Source: a virus (Duplodnaviria > Heunggongvirae > Uroviricota > Caudoviricetes). From it: a DNA stretch of 64,000 nt. The notes below the pieces were generated by a model that saw only the letters and a program-made list of their open reading frames with translations, searched no databases and was not told where the DNA came from. A program made the translations under genes and the position numbers. Numbering within the stretch: the first letter of the stretch is position 1; each line of letters begins with the position of its first letter. The DNA lies in the IMG/VR virus record IMGVR_UViG_2724679237_000005, positions 44,631 through 108,630 of that record; one strand, written 5' to 3'. Positions 26,423 to 35,000 of this stretch are shown here, piece by piece.

Positions 26423-27568
26423 ATGAAATACATAAAACCTTCATCGTTGCTGGCATTAACTTTGCTTTTTAGCTCTGGATTCGTTAACGCAGACAATAAA
26501 CAAACGCTGATAGAAGCCGCTAACGCAGGTGATACCGCAGCACAAAGTGAGTTAGGGACAAATTATTTGGATGGTGTCAATGGTTTTGATAAGGATGTAG
26601 TTGAGGCCAAGAAGTGGATTGATCTCGCTGCAGAAAAGGGAGATAAAGTAGCATATTATGCACTTGGAGTTATGTACACATTTGGCGAGGGTGTAGATAA
26701 AGACCTAAATAAAGCTGTTGAGTACTACAAACTTGCGGGGGATGCTCGTGAAGGTAGAGCCTACAACAATCTTGGTGCTATTTATCAAAAGGGGATGCTT
26801 GGTAAAGTAGATCATGCACTCGCCATTAAATACTTCAAACTAGCCTCTGATGCCGGGTATGTTAAAGCAACTTCAGTTCTTGGGGCGTATTACCAATATG
26901 GTAAAGGCGTTCAAAAGAATTATAAAAAGGCTTTTACTTATTACAAAAAGGCGGCAGACCAAGGCAGTTCAGAAGCTATGATAGGATTAGGAATACTATA
27001 CGATGATGGGTTAGGCGTTAAACGCAATGATGCAGAAGCAGTTAAGTGGTATAAAAAGGCAGCGGAACTTGGAAACGCCGACGCCATAACCAATCTTGGC
27101 ATTATGTATGAGAATGGGGAAGGAGTAAAAAAGGACTATAAAAAAGCAGCCGACCTTTATCAGACTGCTTGCAATAAAGGAGAAAAAAGAGGCTGTGAAT
27201 ACATTACTGAACTGAAAGAAAGCGGAAAATATCGAGTATCTGATTCCAAAGCCAAATCAAAATCAGATGTACAGCGACTTATTGCTAAATCCATTGATAA
27301 AGGCGTTAACGCAACTTTTACCTGGCAAGGTGATGACGCCACATTCACCGCTAATGGCGGCAAAATTGACTGCACTTTCCTAAAGGATTTTTCAGAGAAA
27401 GGAGGCAATCTGGCTACCTCGTTTGTTTGCACCGATAACGTTCAAATCATCCTGAAGCAATTCAGAGATACCAAGAATGCCTACCTCGCGGTAATGACTG
27501 ACAACTTCAACACAGAAGTTAAATCATTTTCGGTCAATGTTTACGTGACTAATACTGGTTCAAACTAA
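26423..27568 (+). CDS. secreted Sel1-repeat (TPR-like) protein with unknown C-terminal domain
   Basis: Signal peptide then at least six Sel1-like repeats (e.g. AYYALGVMYTFGEGVDKDLNKAVEYYKLA, AMIGLGILYDDGLGVKRNDAEAVKWYKKAA); plus-strand, lower GC. Confidence 0.7.
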   Translation: MKYIKPSSLLALTLLFSSGFVNADNKQTLIEAANAGDTAAQSELGTNYLDGVNGFDKDVVEAKKWIDLAAEKGDKVAYYALGVMYTFGEGVDKDLNKAVEYYKLAGDAREGRAYNNLGAIYQKGMLGKVDHALAIKYFKLASDAGYVKATSVLGAYYQYGKGVQKNYKKAFTYYKKAADQGSSEAMIGLGILYDDGLGVKRNDAEAVKWYKKAAELGNADAITNLGIMYENGEGVKKDYKKAADLYQTACNKGEKRGCEYITELKESGKYRVSDSKAKSKSDVQRLIAKSIDKGVNATFTWQGDDATFTANGGKIDCTFLKDFSEKGGNLATSFVCTDNVQIILKQFRDTKNAYLAVMTDNFNTEVKSFSVNVYVTNTGSN

Positions 27569-28813
27569 TGCTGCTATGCCTTTTACCTTGCTTAAAAGTT
27601 CAAGCTGTCGTGAGTAAGGTTTTGCGCAATAGTAGGCTTTGATAATCTTCCCCGGTGTCGCATCGCCGGGGTCGAGTCCTTCCTCGCCCAAACACGCAAC
27701 TTTGACATTAAGACCGATACTGGTCAGTCGCCTGGCTGCGGCCATAGTGTTGCGTATAGCTTGCTTTTCACTATCCCACATCATGATCACATTACGTAAC
27801 CCACGCGCCTTGAGCGTCAGGAACGCGCCTAACTGATCTTCTGCATCCTGAGTGGTGTTACCAGATAGATGCATCCCGAACGTTCCTATTGGTTCCACGT
27901 AATCACGTAATGTTTCTTCGTCAAAAATAGCTCGTTTAACCCCCATAACATCGAACGCCCCCTCACAGACAACTACAGTCTGTTTGCCGACTGCATTATG
28001 GCCGTTGTAGAGAAACTTACCTGAAGCTGGAAGCTGCATAGGAAAGAGGTAGCGGCGTTCTGCTGTACCGGTAATGTCTCGTCCCTGAAATGTCTTCATT
28101 ACCCCATCCAGATCGTAAACCGGTATCAGTATTCGCATATCGAATATCTGCCCTTTTACCTGATCTGTATACGGATCTACATAAGCGTGCTTGCCTTCGA
28201 CGCAGTATCGTAGGTCAAAATACTTTGCCATTTCAGGTGATATGTTTCGTTCAACCAGATAGTCTGGAAGACGGCCATCTATAGGAAGCTCGTAATGACG
28301 AGGGAGTGCAACTGGCCCCTCTAACTCGACTGTGCTTGCAAGCACTAGCTCTTCTTTCTTTGGTGCCCACCCCTGGGAAAGAAGGGCGTTCTGCACATAT
28401 TCCTCGAACTGTCGTCGTGATTTGCCGCTGTAGTGCTTGAGGAAGACCAGCTTATTGAACTGAATCTCTTCGGGATGATCACCAGCGAAGCATTTACCGA
28501 CGCCACTGGTCAGATTGAAATATACCTTCCAGTTGGAGCTGCCGCATACCGGACACTCTTTGATATTCACTTCACGACCGCGAGCACTCACGCCTCCACG
28601 TCGATAAACGATACCTTCAGTATCCAACCATTGTTCAAAATCTAATTCGGCAATTAGCTCTTTCAGCTCGCTCACGATAATTCCACTTTTAACAGGCAAT
28701 ATTGTGACCAACCTAAATGTTGATATAACATAAAGGCTCATGTGTTTTTCTTTTGTGGTTTGGCAAAAGAAAAGTTGTTTCACCAATGAATCAAGCGTGG
28801 AGGTGTTCTCCAC
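27560..28813 (-). CDS. DNA primase (zinc finger plus TOPRIM)
   Basis: CPVCGSS...CFAGDH zinc-binding motif and TOPRIM VVVCEGAFDVMG; track start is GTG inside a hairpin, true start uncertain. Confidence 0.65.
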   Translation of the reverse strand: MENTSTLDSLVKQLFFCQTTKEKHMSLYVISTFRLVTILPVKSGIIVSELKELIAELDFEQWLDTEGIVYRRGGVSARGREVNIKECPVCGSSNWKVYFNLTSGVGKCFAGDHPEEIQFNKLVFLKHYSGKSRRQFEEYVQNALLSQGWAPKKEELVLASTVELEGPVALPRHYELPIDGRLPDYLVERNISPEMAKYFDLRYCVEGKHAYVDPYTDQVKGQIFDMRILIPVYDLDGVMKTFQGRDITGTAERRYLFPMQLPASGKFLYNGHNAVGKQTVVVCEGAFDVMGVKRAIFDEETLRDYVEPIGTFGMHLSGNTTQDAEDQLGAFLTLKARGLRNVIMMWDSEKQAIRNTMAAARRLTSIGLNVKVACLGEEGLDPGDATPGKIIKAYYCAKPYSRQLELLSKVKGIAALV

Positions 28814-28822
28814 GCTTATTTT

Positions 28823-30163
28823 TTAGGTAACGTCTAAGATTCGCTCAATGAAGCGCATTTGTTCGAGGTTTTGTTTAACGCGAATGCTGATCCCTCCCTG
28901 CTGGTTACGCGAACCAGCAAAGTAGAGACGAGCCTCTCCTTTCGCTTCTTCTTCTTCGGTTTTGTTGATCGTTATTACCAGGTCAGCAATACGTACTTTT
29001 TCGATGTTGTCGGCAGCGTGCATCATTGTGGCAACTTCTGACGCGCCACCTTCACGGTTTGTTTGCGACGCCGTGATACCAGCAACGTTATGCTTGTCAT
29101 AAAGAGCACGTAAATCGGTGTAGATACTACGAATGTTGGCGCGATCATCACGAAGGTCATAACTGGCACGCATCAAATCTGCGTAGTCGACAACAACCAT
29201 GTCAGGCACCATGCCATTGGCTTTCATACTGTTAAGCATACGGTCCAGATCTGCCGGTGACATACTTCCTGACGGACGCTCAACAACCCACAAACTACCA
29301 ATCCCCTTAGAGGCTCCCAACTCTGCCAACTTACGATGAACTTCATCGCGCCGTTCCACCAACTTGGACATTTCCGTCTCCGACAATCTTGCATCAAAAC
29401 GGTCGGACAAAATGTTGGTGTGAACCTCCAGCGAGAGATACAGAACATTGTAGCCAGCAAGCGTTGCGTTTATGGAAAACTCACCCATTGCGGTCGATTT
29501 ACCGGATTTAGCGAACCCCATGAAGAGCACCATTTCGCGCTTTGCCCAGCCTTTTTGGTACAGCAACCTATCGAGAAGAGGGAGTCCAGTTGTAATACTG
29601 TTTGGTACATACTCCTCTGAAGCCTCATATTCACGCGCTTTCAATCGCTCACTTGCGGAGGTGTAGTAGTCATAGATTCCGGTCGCTTCGTTCGATCCAA
29701 TCTGCTGAACCTTGGCCATGATTGCCATCGCCCCCTGAAAGTCGCCCTTCTCTTTCAGTTCAGCAGCCTTAATCAGAGCATCATCAAACGCTACGCTTTT
29801 TGCGAAGGTTGATACCTGGTCAACCATGTACGAGGTATCGGACAATTTTTCTGCAAGGATGCGCTTAAACGCAGCAACAACATCGGCGAATAGTTCCTCA
29901 CGGATAGTCTTATCGCGTTTCGCACGCTTAAGCATATCCAGAATTGCAGATGAAGAGGGCGCGCTCTTGTACATACGGTAATAGCCCGAAACCATATTAA
30001 CCAATATGGCATTGGCCGCATTGGCAAATTGGCTAGGCACAACCAGATCTCCCGCACGAGTAAGAAACTCGTGATCACGACAAAAATATGCCGTCAGTCT
30101 GTTCTGGAAATCTTCATCAAACTCTTCGGACAGCCCGCGTCCTGTATGGCAAAGTTCGGTCAT
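28823..30163 (-). CDS. dnaB: DnaB-family replicative helicase
   Basis: Walker A GFAKSGKST, C-terminal Arg-finger region AGSRNQQGG; ORF-track start at 30190 is TTG, the ATG at complement 30161-30163 has a better Shine-Dalgarno (AAAGGAAAG). Confidence 0.75.
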   Translation of the reverse strand: MTELCHTGRGLSEEFDEDFQNRLTAYFCRDHEFLTRAGDLVVPSQFANAANAILVNMVSGYYRMYKSAPSSSAILDMLKRAKRDKTIREELFADVVAAFKRILAEKLSDTSYMVDQVSTFAKSVAFDDALIKAAELKEKGDFQGAMAIMAKVQQIGSNEATGIYDYYTSASERLKAREYEASEEYVPNSITTGLPLLDRLLYQKGWAKREMVLFMGFAKSGKSTAMGEFSINATLAGYNVLYLSLEVHTNILSDRFDARLSETEMSKLVERRDEVHRKLAELGASKGIGSLWVVERPSGSMSPADLDRMLNSMKANGMVPDMVVVDYADLMRASYDLRDDRANIRSIYTDLRALYDKHNVAGITASQTNREGGASEVATMMHAADNIEKVRIADLVITINKTEEEEAKGEARLYFAGSRNQQGGISIRVKQNLEQMRFIERILDVT

Positions 30164-30208
30164 GTGCTTTCCTTTGTTTTTTTTAAACAAATTGTTTTCT
30201 AGTATTAG

Positions 30209-30958
30209 TTAATTAGATAGGGGATCAATAAACCGCCGTGCTTCTTCCAGTTCTTCTGGAAAGTGGGCGGAAATAAGGCGCTCTGGAACGATTTCCATTA
30301 GCCAGATAGCGGAGAAAATTGCGCGTATGCGCTTGCTGCGGGGGATGGTGCGTAAACGCTCCAGAATCCACTCAAAATAGCTTTCCTGAATCGGGTTGAA
30401 CTGCATGTCTCCCATATGCTTAAAGCTAACCAGAGAGTCATCCAGACGGGTTGTTGCGCGTCTGGCTAATTTCTCTTCGAATATCTCAATCAACTCTGGC
30501 TGCCACAAATGCTGTGGGCGCGGCAGCTTGTCCCACAGACGTCGTGCAGCTGCGGAAAGAACGGTGGAAATAAAGTAGTCGTATGAGCAGCAATAGCGGT
30601 CAGCAAACTGGCGTGCTTTCCATAGCGACGTTTTATTGGCAGTCGACAACTCCTGATAAGGCAGGCGTTTTAACCCGGTGGTGAACGGAGCTGTTTCAAA
30701 GTGTTCGCGACCGTGCGTCAGCATGATATTTGAGTACTGACGTTTGTATGCCTCCGTAAAAAGACAGGTGGCCATGAGAGGATGCATGTCGCGGTAATCA
30801 AACCACTTCGTCTCGAAGAGTTCAGCCTCGTCTTTACAGCGCGACAAACCAATGTTTTCAGCGACCCACTTGTCCATAACAGCGGTATTCCACTCTGTCA
30901 TGAAGTCGTACTGGTCGTTGTCGATGGTATCGAAAAAGATTTGGCTCATGTGGCTCAC
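30209..30958 (-). CDS. hypothetical protein (249 aa), possibly replication-associated
   Basis: ORF immediately upstream of dnaB in the same operon; no recognised motif. Confidence 0.45.
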   Translation of the reverse strand: MSHMSQIFFDTIDNDQYDFMTEWNTAVMDKWVAENIGLSRCKDEAELFETKWFDYRDMHPLMATCLFTEAYKRQYSNIMLTHGREHFETAPFTTGLKRLPYQELSTANKTSLWKARQFADRYCCSYDYFISTVLSAAARRLWDKLPRPQHLWQPELIEIFEEKLARRATTRLDDSLVSFKHMGDMQFNPIQESYFEWILERLRTIPRSKRIRAIFSAIWLMEIVPERLISAHFPEELEEARRFIDPLSN

Positions 30959-31065
30959 CTGGTAGGTAGTTACTTACTTATCACAATGAGCGGATGATAG
31001 CGACTGGTGGCAGTTTTTGGAAGTGGAAACGGAAGGGAGTTGTTCTGGTGGTGTCTTTTAAAAGA

Positions 31066-31120
31066 CCTGCTTCCGTATATATTTAATAAGTTACTTATTA
31101 TTTATATATACAGAAGCAGG
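31066..31120. repeat. 55-bp AT-rich near-perfect palindrome with GC clamps
   Basis: CCTGCTTCCGTATATATTTAATAAGT / ACTTATTATTTATATATACAGAAGCAGG; lies in divergent intergenic region between the 249-aa gene and the GIY-YIG gene. Confidence 0.6.
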
Positions 31121-31230
31121 CATAACTTGTCGTCTTAGACGCCCAGAAGCTCTACACTTTGAGCCTGTTAAATTGATTAAAACCTATGTGTAAAATAGAA
31201 CGCATTAGTCAGTAGCAAAGAGATGCAATA

Positions 31231-31998
31231 ATGGACGATTTATCGGTATACGCGAGATCATTGGATAAGGCTAAATACTATGTTTACTGTCTCTATGATA
31301 CAGAAGACAAGATGAAAAGACCGTTTTACATAGGAAAAGGCAAATCGACTCGTTGTCTCGATCACATCAAGTATCCCGATGACTCTCCCAAATCCATGCG
31401 GATCAAAGAACTTTTGGCTAATAAAAAATTAGGCATAGATATTCTTCGTCATGGTATGGATGAAACCACAGCCAAACTTGTTGAGGCGACATGCATCGAC
31501 CTTATGGGGGTCGGAGAGCTTACGAATAAGGTTCGAGGAAGTGGTTCCATGATGGGCAGAATATCACTGGACGCCTACCATCACTTAGTGCTGCAAGAGG
31601 AAACTGAAATTGCTCCTGAGCACGCCGGTCTTGCCTTCCTGCTAAACAGCACCTACAAGTCAGGAATGTCCGCTCTGGCATTATATGAAGCTACGCGTGG
31701 CGTATGGGCAAAGGTTCCAAGAGACGAGAATCTCAAATATGCCTACGCTACATATGGTGGGCTGATAATGGAAGTTTATCAGATTGAATGCTGGGTCAAA
31801 GCCGGTTCTCAGCAGTACTTTACAAGGGATATAGCTCTTGGCCCCGACACAAAACGTTATGAATTTGTTGGCAGAATAGCCGATGAGCATATTAGAAAAC
31901 TGTATGTAGGCAAATTAATCAAGAAGCCACCAAGCTACGGTAGCCCTTTTGTGAAGGTTGGGATGGTTAGGACTGAACATAGTGTTAGCGCGGCATAA
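31231..31998 (+). CDS. GIY-YIG nuclease domain protein (free-standing homing-endonuclease-like)
   Basis: YVYCLYD...PFYIGKGKS...R...E motif arrangement of GIY-YIG domain at N-terminus; plus-strand, own terminator. Confidence 0.6.
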   Translation: MDDLSVYARSLDKAKYYVYCLYDTEDKMKRPFYIGKGKSTRCLDHIKYPDDSPKSMRIKELLANKKLGIDILRHGMDETTAKLVEATCIDLMGVGELTNKVRGSGSMMGRISLDAYHHLVLQEETEIAPEHAGLAFLLNSTYKSGMSALALYEATRGVWAKVPRDENLKYAYATYGGLIMEVYQIECWVKAGSQQYFTRDIALGPDTKRYEFVGRIADEHIRKLYVGKLIKKPPSYGSPFVKVGMVRTEHSVSAA

Positions 31999-32014
31999 AG
32001 CTGACACTGTAGTT

Positions 32015-32052
32015 ATGCATTGGCGCAATGTACGCGCCAATGCATGATTTTT
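32015..32052 (+). terminator. rho-independent terminator after GIY-YIG gene
   Basis: ATGCATTGGCGC-AATGTAC-GCGCCAATGCAT perfect 12-bp stem followed by GATTTTT. Confidence 0.55.
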
Positions 32053-32410
32053 AACCTTTCTTCATCAACTCTCGTTTGATTTCATCGGTACGCATCGTGA
32101 CATCGGCAGCGGTGATCGCCTCATTCAATTTCACGATGTCCTCGATTTCCTGCGGTGACTTCTCTGCCAGATGGAAAATGGCTGCTCGAATCACGTCAGA
32201 ACGAGTGAACTTCTCGAAGCGAGGGATGAACTTCATCATCTCCAGCAGTTCGAAGTATTCGTCCTCCAGTGACATTGTGCGGCTTTTAATTTTCTCTTTG
32301 CCACGAGTCGGGCGTCCCTGTGGTCTGACTGGTTGGCGCAAAGGAGTTGTGTTCTTAGCCGGTGCATCAGGCTCTTTGCGCTTTGCTAGGTCACCCATTT
32401 TCATGGACAT
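32051..32410 (-). CDS. small partition protein, ParG/ribbon-helix-helix-like centromere binder (putative)
   Basis: 119-aa basic N-terminus, translationally coupled directly downstream of parA as in type Ib partition systems. Confidence 0.45.
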   Translation of the reverse strand: MSMKMGDLAKRKEPDAPAKNTTPLRQPVRPQGRPTRGKEKIKSRTMSLEDEYFELLEMMKFIPRFEKFTRSDVIRAAIFHLAEKSPQEIEDIVKLNEAITAADVTMRTDEIKRELMKKG

Positions 32411-33078
32411 TATTCTTCTTCCTCCAGACTCAACAGATAATCTACAAATTCTTCAAACTCGGCTTCCGCCTTTTTGTCGCGCTCGCTACCGGTCATTTCA
32501 AAGATAGAACGACCAGACTCTTCCGCATCATCATAGACGTTGCGGTTATATAGATTGACTGGCGCAGACTCGATTCCAAACGTCTCAACAATCTCTTTAG
32601 CCGCCAGAATGCGAGACACTTGTGATGGCAAAGCCGGGCACTGGTTCATGACCGCGCGGACCTTCACTTTATCGTTTACATTGCGAACATTGTCGATAAT
32701 AGGATCGATGTCACGTAAAGATTTCAAATCACGACGCTTAGGACGCAGCGGGATAATGATAACGTCAGCCATCAGCATCGCTTGTCGCTGAATTTCGGAG
32801 TCAAAGCCACCAGCATCTACCACTACATACTCAGCTCTACCCTGAAGCGATTTTAGGTGCTTAATGATGTCATCCTGAACGTATGCAAAAGGAATCAGCT
32901 CAAGGTCTTCGTTCTGTCGACGGTCTTCACACCAGCTCGTTGTCGTGCGCTGAATATCTATATCGGTGATATAAACCTTCTTCTTCTTTTTGACTTTCAG
33001 GCAAACGGCAATTTGCTGGGCAACGGTGGATTTGCCAGGCCCGCCCTTTGTGCCGCCAACCACAAAGATCTTGGTCAT
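32410..33078 (-). CDS. parA: ParA partition ATPase (small, type Ib)
   Basis: Deviant Walker A GGTKGGPGKST; 222 aa. Confidence 0.8.
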   Translation of the reverse strand: MTKIFVVGGTKGGPGKSTVAQQIAVCLKVKKKKKVYITDIDIQRTTTSWCEDRRQNEDLELIPFAYVQDDIIKHLKSLQGRAEYVVVDAGGFDSEIQRQAMLMADVIIIPLRPKRRDLKSLRDIDPIIDNVRNVNDKVKVRAVMNQCPALPSQVSRILAAKEIVETFGIESAPVNLYNRNVYDDAEESGRSIFEMTGSERDKKAEAEFEEFVDYLLSLEEEE

Positions 33079-33231
33079 TGGAGAGTTCCCTTTGCGTATA
33101 TAATTATCGTCTGAAACAACTTGTTTTCTTATATGTGATATAGCCTAAATGCCTACGGCTGTGGTGTAAAGGTTAAATGGTAGGTGCTGCCTTAGAATTT
33201 TTAGGCGAGAATCAATGGCTGTTAACAAAAA

Positions 33232-33249
33232 AGGCGACCAAAGTCGCCT
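33232..33249 (-). terminator. rho-independent terminator for 33255..34007 gene
   Basis: AGGCGAC-CAAA-GTCGCCT hairpin flanked by A6 and T5 runs (bidirectional geometry). Confidence 0.5.
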
Positions 33250-33254
33250 GATTT

Positions 33255-34007
33255 TTAATCTTTTAGGTATAAACCTACTGGAGTTCTTGTTTTGCGGGAG
33301 ATGATAAGTACGATAAATTTCTGAACGTTAACTTGCACTTTGTTTGGGAGCCAAGAGCTTAACTCTGCATCAAGCAACAATCCTCTGTTCCACGGCAAAA
33401 ATCCGGTTTCTTTCCCCATCCCGTACTCGCCTAACACATCCTCGAACGTTTCTGTTTTGGCATTGTATATACGCACATCGCCGGTTCGCATGAGAGGCCC
33501 TGCCCAGATCTTAGCACCAGGAATGGTTTGTGTATCGTCGCAGACTAAATGCTCATACCAATGAAGAAGAAAGAGATAGGTACGGTGACACAATCCTCGC
33601 TGACGACGCTCTCTGACAGTTTCGACACCAGCTACCTGGTAACATTCGATCTCATTACCGTCTTCAACAAAACTATATTCACGCAGAGCTATCCTACCAG
33701 CGATCGTATTTTTGTTTTCGTCCAGAAGCCCGGACTGGAGCACCTCTTTGATAATCTCTTCTTCAGGGGCATCTTCATCCGCTCGATCTAAGATGAATTC
33801 GCTCAGGTCGCCTTGGTCGCGCGCACCTACACGTTCCATAGAGACATACAGGCAAATGTCATCTTCTGGTTCAATGATTTCAATTTCTGAGATTTTATAG
33901 AGGGAGGCTTCATTGATAAGAAAGCCAAAACGAACAACACGAGTCTCCCCTTTATGAGGAAACTCGCTTAGATCTTTTGAATATGCGCTATCTAGTGTAG
34001 GAGCCAT
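33255..34007 (-). CDS. hypothetical protein (250 aa)
   Basis: ORF followed by terminator; no recognised motif. Confidence 0.5.
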   Translation of the reverse strand: MAPTLDSAYSKDLSEFPHKGETRVVRFGFLINEASLYKISEIEIIEPEDDICLYVSMERVGARDQGDLSEFILDRADEDAPEEEIIKEVLQSGLLDENKNTIAGRIALREYSFVEDGNEIECYQVAGVETVRERRQRGLCHRTYLFLLHWYEHLVCDDTQTIPGAKIWAGPLMRTGDVRIYNAKTETFEDVLGEYGMGKETGFLPWNRGLLLDAELSSWLPNKVQVNVQKFIVLIISRKTRTPVGLYLKD

Positions 34008-34375
34008 TTTGTAGCAGAATCATCAGCCTTAACCGTGCTGACAATGCTACCATGATTGCGTAAGAAGCGGCGAATAGAATGTTCAATAACCTCCGAAAAA
34101 GCCTCGATAAAACGAGACAGCTCAGGGTACTGTTTAGCTGGCTTGACTACAAAACGAACACGACCATTCAGGTAAATTGCTTCAGCTAATGGCTTCACGC
34201 TTGCACCAGCGCGCTCAACATCGTCTTTGAAGGTAACGATGAAGCGTGAGTCTTCCGGTTCAATAGCGTCATTATTGAGCTTACGTACTTCAAGCTTGTG
34301 CTGATTCAGCACATGAGTCTCGATAATACTCGTGCAATCGCGAATAGTTTGTATAGAACGTTTCTCGTTCAGCAT
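33992..34375 (-). CDS. hypothetical protein (127 aa)
   Basis: ORF; overlaps next gene start by 16 nt. Confidence 0.45.
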   Translation of the reverse strand: MLNEKRSIQTIRDCTSIIETHVLNQHKLEVRKLNNDAIEPEDSRFIVTFKDDVERAGASVKPLAEAIYLNGRVRFVVKPAKQYPELSRFIEAFSEVIEHSIRRFLRNHGSIVSTVKADDSATKWLLH

Positions 34376-34599
34376 GTGTCCACCTTAGCCGTTAACACAA
34401 GTGTCATTGCGGCACCCCTCTCGGGGTTGAAGGCTACGAGGATGCGTAGCCTGTATGTGCCCACTTACGTGGATGCCTAATAAATCTACATCAAATTACT
34501 AAATGATTCAACATGAGCTTGAGTGAACAGGCGTGTATATGAGTGAAGATGCCATCTTTAGGATAAAAGGTAAACTGAGACCACTCATCAATCATCGAC

Positions 34600-34836
34600 T
34601 CAGTTCAGGTGCCCCCACTCACACAGCCTTTCACCTATCGTATTGTGGATAAGCAACTGTCGCTCCGTTTCCTCAGTCATAAAATCCTCTCTACTCACAT
34701 AGATAGGATTTGCAGCATCGCAGAATAGCACGCCTGGAGCCTGCGTCTTAATCACGCACCCATTTATCAAACAGCTCGCGATGAACACCAGAGGCATCTT
34801 TTTGCCGCACTTCATTAACCGTTTCATTTTTGACAT
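34600..34836 (-). CDS. o-spanin (Rz1-like outer-membrane lipoprotein), embedded in Rz frame
   Basis: Lipobox-like FIASC after short signal sequence, Pro/Cys-containing, encoded in alternate frame overlapping the Rz-like gene; start uncertain. Confidence 0.45.
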   Translation of the reverse strand: MSKMKRLMKCGKKMPLVFIASCLINGCVIKTQAPGVLFCDAANPIYVSREDFMTEETERQLLIHNTIGERLCEWGHLN

Positions 34837-34999
34837 CCACTGTGCTTTGAAGTCGTTTTCTGTCTTCCTGTTTTGCCTTCTCTTCCATTGCTCGTCGCGC
34901 CGCATTTCCGCCCATCGTGTAAGCGCCGACCAGAACGAAAAGAACGGCAGCCAGCGTAATCAAAGCAACTTTTAGCTTTGTCATCAGGCTGCCTAGCAT
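34748..34999 (-). CDS. i-spanin (Rz-like)
   Basis: N-terminal TM helix ALITLAAVLFVLVGAYT followed by charged coiled-coil region; sits with embedded lipoprotein ORF next to lysis genes. Confidence 0.55.
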   Translation of the reverse strand: MLGSLMTKLKVALITLAAVLFVLVGAYTMGGNAARRAMEEKAKQEDRKRLQSTVDVKNETVNEVRQKDASGVHRELFDKWVRD

Positions 35000-35000
35000 A

